The position numbers and the translations under genes are program-made. From Octopus sinensis (taxonomy: Eukaryota): a DNA stretch of 64,000 bases. Under the pieces are notes generated by a model. It made no database searches and had not been told where the DNA came from. It saw nothing but the letters and a program-made list of their open reading frames with translations. Positions 56,773 through 64,000 of the stretch are shown in pieces (positions within the stretch are counted from its first letter, which is position 1; each line of letters opens with the position of its first letter). Location of the stretch: positions 53,072,001 through 53,136,000 of the forward strand of contig NC_043013.1 of assembly GCF_006345805.1 (NCBI RefSeq), read 5' to 3'.

Positions 56773-57910
56773 TTTCTAAAAATATATTCAGTAGTTGACA
56801 CACACACACGAACACATACACACACACAGGTATGTATATTTGTGAGTTCGCGTGTGGGTGTGTGGCATATAAACTATCCACATGGGCGGGACGGCATCCC
56901 TTTCATGATTTTTACCAGCTGAGTTGAGTACAATGAAATAAAGTCAGGATCGTTACATTCCGTAGTGCGATTGACCCCAAAACGCTTCATCATCTTATTT
57001 AGCCATTTTGAATGAAGAGCAAGTTCTCTCGTCCTGTATCATGCTTCCAGCAGGATGACATGGAGGTTTTGTGAACAGCTCGAAACATAACTGAAATCCA
57101 GTCGGTTGCAAATGGAGCACCAACCTTGAAAAGTATATCAGGACGATACGGATTACTCATTTAGGACTGGAATCAAATATTGGTAAAAGTTACACGACAA
57201 CAGAAGATGATTGAAATCAATACAAAGGAGTTCAAATGGTTGGAAGAACTTGATATAAATCTATGAACCAAGGAGATGTTATCGAGGAGAATCTTGCAAC
57301 GGAATTGCGAGCAGTGTTACTACAACTAGATGTGTATCGGATATTGCAATCGTTTAGTGATAATTCCTTGAGTCATCGGAGAAAATTATCATGGTTAGAT
57401 TTTGTGACTAGAGTAATTAGTAAAGATAATTAATGATTAATGTAAAATAGTTTCAAATGAAATAGTTCTTCATTTTCTAAATCTTTTTATCTCGTCTATT
57501 GATGAAGGTGTAAATCAAGAAAGAAATCCGGAGGAGAAAGTGAGGAGGTTTATTAAACTGTAAAAAGGCACCCGCAGTTTCAGTCAGGAATCAGGATGTA
57601 TAGGGGAACTTTAGATAAGATTATTAAGATAGATAGATAGGTAGATAGATAGAGAGGGAAGAGAGAGGGAGTGAGAATGGGAAACCAGGTGGGCGCTGGT
57701 GTCAAAGGAGGCGGTGGGGTGCTGTAAGGAAAAAGGAGGGAGGAAGGCGGTGGATTGGGGGTTGCTATGAATTCATTATAATATTATTATAGTATTGTAT
57801 ACATATATGATATTATATTAAATATCAAATACGTCTTAGTACATATATTAGTTAGTAAAATATAAAATATTTATTTATGCTGAAAAATAGAAGTAGTAGT
57901 AGTAGAAGTG

Positions 57911-57961
<51 letters not shown>

Positions 57962-58049
57962 ATGCTGGTGTTGGTGTTGGTGGTAATGCGGTGGGGGGGG
58001 ACAGAAAGTTTGAGAACCTCTGCTCTACATGAATAGCATCGTTTTTTGT

Positions 58050-59580
58050 TTTCAGTAGAAAAGTAAACTTTAGCATGGATTGGAGTCGTTCTGAGAAATA
58101 AGTCACCCATTTAAAGGAAGAACCGATCAATCACTGTAGTCTTTGTAGATGTTTAGCATTTGAAGATGACGTGGAATCAATGAAGGGTTACAGGCTCTTG
58201 GAGTCAGACTGCAGTGTGTTGTCTTTTAAATAGGAACTGGTTGGTTATTTGATGATGACGTTAGTCGTTGGTAAATTTAATGTTGAATGTCTGAAACTGA
58301 GAACATATTTAACCGAATTCCCTTCATGTTCCCCGATGGTTTTGTCAACGATATTAATAACATCGATAAGGCGTGAACTTGTGTCATAACATTATAAGCA
58401 ATTACACTATTATAAGCTATTAAACTATTAATCAGTCTTTGAAAGTCAGTCAGGGCATTAGTAAGCACCAAAGGCTAACTTGGTAAACTCGAATAAGTCT
58501 CAGCCTGAAATGCAGTGAATCACTTACCGCCAATTTTGATGTGCGATCTGTTGGTTTGCTGCATCAGATTTAGTTTACTGTAGAATTTATTGTCGGACAT
58601 AAAACATCGTCGTAGATGTTTGATAGAAAGTAGTGGCTAGGCATCTAGAAAACCGTATCGATTAATCGTTTGTGTGTAATCGATAACAAAGCAGTGTTTG
58701 CCATTGTTTCATGTACTCACTATGGAGATATGAACTCAATAATATCACCATCAAGAAGTCATTTATAGTCTTCCTTCAGAGATGTTTCATATTTCATGAA
58801 ATACAGAGGAGCGACAAGATTTATTAGCAGTTCGTTTCAATTGTACTGGTGGAAGGAATTCGTTTCAATTGTACTGGTGGAGATCAACGACATATGAAGT
58901 AGTGGAGCTTTCAGTGAAGCTCTGAGTATTATCATCACAGTTTCGAGTCCTTTAAGAAACGCCATGTACCAAAATTAACAAACAACACAATTTTGGCAAA
59001 TCATTTAAATGTTGCTTTTCGTAAAATGAACCGACAAAAAAAAGTTGGAAAGAAAGAAAAAGAAAAAGATTTTAAAGAAATAGCAAATGTAGATTAGTAT
59101 ATCAGGACAAATCGAAGACATTGCTAGCAAGATGAGAGAGAGAAACAGAAAGAGAGAGAGAGAGAGAGATGCCTGCCAAGAATTTCATCCATCAAACTGG
59201 CGACATTCCACCTATCGAATAAGGTAACAATACATTAGACAGCCAAAGAGATACTGCTAATACTTCCATTCAAGACCGTTTTCCTAATGGTCTGATTTTG
59301 TAATATCGATGTTAATAATTTTTAACCAAAATGTGGGATAGACATAGATTTGATGGAGGAGATATCCTCCAAATAACATTTCAGATGAAAGGAGTTGGAT
59401 TATTTTTACTACAAATCTTTGGTCAGACTCTATGTTCTAAATTCTAAGCAAAAGTTTCAAAGAAAATTTTGTAGAATATGGTCAGATGAGATCCCAAAAA
59501 CAAATGTGTGTCTAATAGCTGGACATGTAAAGTCTTCTTCCGGTTGTTGTCGCAACTGCAACTGGAATCTACAATAAATT
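58050..59580 (-). pseudogene. Degraded Ty3/Gypsy LTR-retrotransposon gag/RT relic
   Basis: QLRQQPEEDF..IRHTFVFGISSD.I (gag-like, ~59420-59575). VIDYTQTINRYGFLDA*PL and LTNALTDFQRLINS (RT, ~58400-58700). Confidence 0.65.
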
Positions 59581-59659
59581 TAATTCTGTTATTTACTAAA
59601 CATCACATTCCGGAAAATATATCAATTCAGTAGTTGTGTGTGAGTAGATAGTGTGGTGG

Positions 59660-59865
59660 TGGAGCACGTGGCTTAGTGATTAGGGTGTTGCACTCATAAA
59701 CGTAGGGTTGTGGTTTCGATACCTCGACCGGGAACGGTTTGTGTTCTTCAGCAAGACACTTCACTTCATTGTACTCTATTTAGCTGGCAAAAATCATGAA
59801 ATGGGCGCCGTTCCGCCCATGTGGAGAATTTATATGCCACGGAAACCGTCATGACTCGAGAAGGC
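59660..59865 (+). mobile_element. SINE family C variant with tRNA-like head
   Basis: GGAGCACGTGGCTTAGTGATTAGGGTGTTGCACTC...GGTTTCGATACC...CAAGACACTTCACTTC. Confidence 0.65.
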
Positions 59866-59967
59866 TACCTCACATTTTTACTAATAAGTATGTGTGAGTG
59901 TGTGTGCGTCTGTGCATGTATGCATGTGTACATATGTCTATTTATGTAGGTGTATGTGTATATATGT

Positions 59968-60129
59968 GCAGGAGTGGCTGCGTGGTAAGTAGCTTGCTTA
60001 CCAGCCACATGGTTTCGGGTTCAGCCTCACTGCGTGACACCTTGGGTAAGTGTCTTTTACTATAGCCTCAGGCCCAGTAAAGGCTTGTGAGAGAATTTGG
60101 TAAACGGAAACTGAAAGAAGTCCGTCGTA
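59968..60129 (+). mobile_element. SINE family B 5' half preceding the second Naiad
   Basis: GGAGTGGCTGCGTGGTAAGTAGCTTGCTTACC...ACGGAAACTGAAAGAAGTCCGTCGTA followed by (TA)n. Confidence 0.85.
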
Positions 60130-60159
60130 TATATATGTATATAAATATATGTATATATA

Positions 60160-60194
<35 letters not shown>

Positions 60195-60196
<2 letters not shown>

Positions 60197-62982
60197 TTCA
60201 CCACGACCAGCTTTTATTACTCTGAAAGACCATAAAGCCAATTTTAGTAGAAACCCCAAATGTAGATTGATAAATCCGGCTAAAACTGAGATAGGAATTA
60301 TTAGCAAAAATATTTTGGACCGTATTTTAGTTAAGTTAGCGAAGTAGACTTGAGAATTTGGAAGAATAGTAAGTCAGTCATAGAGTGGTTTAAAGGTATT
60401 AGCTATAAGAATAATTGTAGTTTCACACAATTCGACATTATTGACTTTTACCCGTCAATATCTAGGACGTTGCTCCTAAGGGCATTGGACTTCGCCAAGC
60501 AATATGTCAACATCGATAGCTCGGAAATTGATATTATTATGCATGCAAGGAAATCGCTTCTTTGTTTCGAGGATTTCACCTGGATTAAGAAGACCGAGGA
60601 TTCTCTTTTCGATGTACCGACGGGGCTGAGTTATGTATGCTCATAGGAGCCTTTATTCTCCATAATCTAAAAATAGAATTCCCTTTTATAGATGCAGGTT
60701 TATATAGGGATGACGGCCTTATAGCCACGCATAATCTAAACGGCCATGAATCAGATAGACTTAGGAAGGACCTCATAGCTTTCTTTCAAAGGATGGGCTT
60801 ACGGGTTACGATAGATGCTAACCTGAATAGTGTAGATTTTTTAGACGTAACTTTTAATGTAAGATCGGATAGATTTAAACCTTTCCGTAAGCCCAATGAA
60901 AAGCTATCGTATATTAGCAAAGATTCGAACCATCCACCAGTTATCCTTAGGAACTTAGTCAGCAATGTAGGTAGAAGAATATCTTCAATTTCTTCGGACG
61001 AGGCAGCATTCCATAATGCTGCACCTTATTACGATAGCGCATTAAAGAATAGTGGATTCTCTGAGAAGATCCAGTTCAACCAGCTTAATGCTGATAATAA
61101 TGCTGCACGAAGAACTAGGACCAGGAAAGTTTTGTGGTTCAACCCGGCTTTCAATTTGGCCGTAAAGACTAATATAGGTAAGGAATTTTTGAGATTAGTC
61201 TCTAAGCATTTTAAGCAGGGTCATAAATTCTATAGGATTTTTAATAGAAGAACCCTGAAGGTTAGCTATTTTTGTTGCAGAAATTTCGCCTCTTACATTA
61301 GCCAACATAATAGGAAGCTAATTGAGATTAGACATGGTGCCGAGCCCATTAAGAAATGCAATTTCAAAAACGAAAGCTCCTGTCCGTTAGAAGGGAAATG
61401 TCTAGTGAAAGGAGTAGTTTATAGAGCCAAGGTGCAAGTGGAAGGCTCATCAGAATACAAGACATACACAGGGGCTTCAGAAAATGCATTTAAAACAAGA
61501 TTTTATTCTCATAAAAATTCATTTAAATACCCAGAGAATAGGAAGAGGACCAGCCTAGCAAAATATGTCTGGGAACTAAAAGAAAAGGAAGCCCCACCTT
61601 TCAACGTGACATGGAGCATTCTGGACAGGGTGGCACCATACAGGCATGGAGCTTACAAAAATAATTTCAAGTGCAAACTTTGTCTATTAGAAAAAATGTA
61701 CATCTTATTCAAAGACAATAATTCTTTGAATCAAAGAAGTGAGCTAATGAACTTATGTAGGCACGCGGCTAAATTTAAAATGTCGAATATAATATACCAT
61801 ATGGATAGAGTATATATTTTGTATTTTTGATTTTGAAATTTTGATTTTGACTTTGAACGATGAGCGCTACGATGGATTTTGTTTTCCAAGCTATGCGGAT
61901 CTTAATCCGTATAGCAAAGTCTTATGTTTCTACATATACATCAGGAAAAACCTTCGACCCTGTTTTCAGGTTACTGTATTGTATAGGATTACCTTGATTA
62001 TTTATATTACTTTGATTATTTATAAATGATCTAAAATAGGGTGTTATATTTTATTTTATATGTCTTTCGTATATATTTTTATTATATATATTCTTTTAAA
62101 AAAAAGCAATGTTTTTTTCAAAAAAAGCAATGTTTTTTTCAAAAAAAGCAATGTTGTCAAAATTAAAATGTTGATGTAAGTATGTGTATAGCCGAGGATA
62201 TGTATTTGTAAGCATGCGTATCTGTGTATGTGTAAGTGAGAGTATGTTTGTGCTTAAGCACACATATACACGACTGTATGTATGTATCCATACGAACTTG
62301 TTTGTATACTTGTCTCCATATATGCCAATAACGCCATTACACAGATTGTATACATAATTTTTTCTTATTTCGTTTTTTTCCCCACCCCTCCTTCGTTCCT
62401 TTTTCTCTCGCTTCCTTTCTTTCGTTCCCTCCCCTTACTCAGTATATGAGAATCGCTACATACATGATTTTTAACTTGCGTGCGAGATGGTTTTGCGTGA
62501 ATATATGTACACATGCATTTATGTGTATATTTAGATTTATATTCATACGTCTGTATATGTATGGCGTTGGCGCGCATCCTTTTTGTGTATGTTGATATAT
62601 ATATGCACATTTTAATAAAAATATGTATTGCAGTGTAATATTTATAACAGGTTTAATTCCTATGAATTAATTTATACTTTCTTCATTAACGTCAATATGT
62701 ATTTTATTCAATGTAAGGTTTTTTCCTCGGATTTTATAATTTTTTATAAGCTTTTTTATATATATATACATATATTTTTGACCTTTTTGTTTATCGCTCG
62801 AAGATTGACCGTTTTTTCTAAAGGGCCAATCAAACAAGTCCATTTCTTTTTAAAGGTGTAGCGTTTGTAAGAGTCTAGATTGAATTGATATATCGGTTCC
62901 ATTCTAGCAAAAACTGTCTGATGAACGGCAACGAGAAACTCAGAGTAACAGATTTGTTGAATTTTCTGCTGCTTAAAATAAA

Positions 62983-62985
<3 letters not shown>
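60195..62985 (+). mobile_element. 5'-truncated, inactivated Naiad-clade PLE (3' boundary inferred from the HHR)
   Basis: [25 protein letters not shown]; FTQFDIIDFYPSI; LYRDDGL; GVVYRAKV..TYTGASENAFKTRFYSH; CKLC; CRH. Stop/frameshift at ~60345 and loss of RT motif B at ~60620. The coding part is certain; whether 61831-62985 all belongs to this element is not. Confidence 0.85.
62914..62951 (+). ncRNA. Type I hammerhead ribozyme (Naiad-type), canonical core
   Basis: CTGT-CTGATGA-ACG-GCAA-CGA-GAAA-CTCAGAG-TA-ACAG. Confidence 0.8.
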
Positions 62986-63020
<35 letters not shown>

Positions 63021-63049
63021 TATAATATATAATATATATATATATATAT

Positions 63050-64000
63050 TCCCTTCCAGCCCCTCACACCTCCTCTTCACTTTAGATGTAAAATCCCTGT
63101 ACACAGTGATTCCCCACAATGACGGTCTCCTAGCCCTCCAACACTTCCTCGACCGTCGTTCCGACCCCACCCCCAGCACCCCCACCCTTCTCCGTTTGGC
63201 TGAGCTCGTCCTCACCCTCAATTGCTTCACGTTCGCCGGGGAAACGTACCACAGATGTCCGGTGTCGCGATGGGAACTAGGATGGGCCCCAATTTCGCCA
63301 ATCTCTTTCTTGGCTACATTGAGGCCCAAGTGTTCTCCCAGTTCTCTGGCCGACCCCCGAACTATACGGTCGCTATATCGACGACTGCGTAGGTGCCACC
63401 TCCCTTTCCGTGAACTTCTCTGCCAATTCATCTCTTTCCTTTCCAACTTTCACCCCTCTCTTCAATTCACCTCCACCATCTCCAACACCTCTGTCAACTT
63501 CCTTGACATCTCTCTCCGCATCGACGATCACCCCTCCAGCTCTCTCACCACCACCGCCTTTTTTAAACCTACGGATTCCCACCTCTATCTCAACTTCTCT
63601 TCCTCCCACCCCTTCCACACCAAACGAGCCATCCCCTACTCCCAGTTCCTCCGCCTCCGACGTTTGTGCAGCCGCGACCAGGATTTCGAGACCCAATCTC
63701 AATACCTGGCCCGCATGTTCAGACTCCGAGGTTACCCACCCATATTCCTCTCTGAGGCCCTCACCCGCGCCCGTCGCATCGACCGCACTACCGCCCTGTC
63801 TCTTCCCCCCGCCCCCCCCCAACCGCACCCCCTTCCCCTCCTTTTCCACCCCTCTACCCTACCCTACCCCTTCGTCGCAAGATACTACGTGCCTTCCGTC
63901 GCCTCCAGCTTGATCCCACCACCCGCCCCATTTTCCCCAACCTACCCCTGTCCTCTTTCAAACGAGCCCGCAATCTGCGTGACCTCCTGGTCCACAGCAC
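63050..64000 (+). mobile_element. 5'-truncated Neptune/Poseidon-type PLE RT fragment, frameshifted, runs off the window
   Basis: FTLDVKSLYTVIPHNDGL.AL..FL...TLLRLAELVLTLN.F.F...GVAMGTRMGPNFANLF.GYIE...RYIDD...VNFLDI...KPTDSHLYL..SSSHP.HTKRAIPYSQFLRLRRLCS...RARNLRDLLVHS. Confidence 0.88.

Noticed and set aside
56950-57770. Ancient Neptune-type GIY-YIG remnant on the minus strand
   Set aside because: Compositionally suggestive, but motifs are too eroded to call without a profile search.

Overview
Eukaryotic, AT-rich, microsatellite-dense DNA. The SINE families suggest an Octopus (cephalopod) genome; this is inference. No complete host gene could be identified, only a few candidate exons. The window is dominated by retroelements. 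There are two Naiad-type Penelope-like elements (PLEs; RT + GIY-YIG): a near full-length one at 30.3-32.7 kb and a 5'-truncated one at 60.2-63.0 kb. A C-rich Neptune/Poseidon-type PLE fragment lies at 63-64 kb. Two tandem R4/Dong-like RLE-endonuclease LINE 3' ends sit in (TAA)n arrays. CR1, RTE, Gypsy, mariner, maT, Tigger and Helitron relics and many tRNA-derived SINEs are also present. The main finding is nine hammerhead-ribozyme (HHR)-like motifs in three sequence families, read directly from the sequence. One family terminates the Naiad PLEs. Two families sit in ~150-200 bp non-coding elements, one of them with a recurring A6U core variant. These elements repeatedly insert into (TA)n/(CA)n tracts, including four times into the central microsatellite of the same bipartite SINE family.
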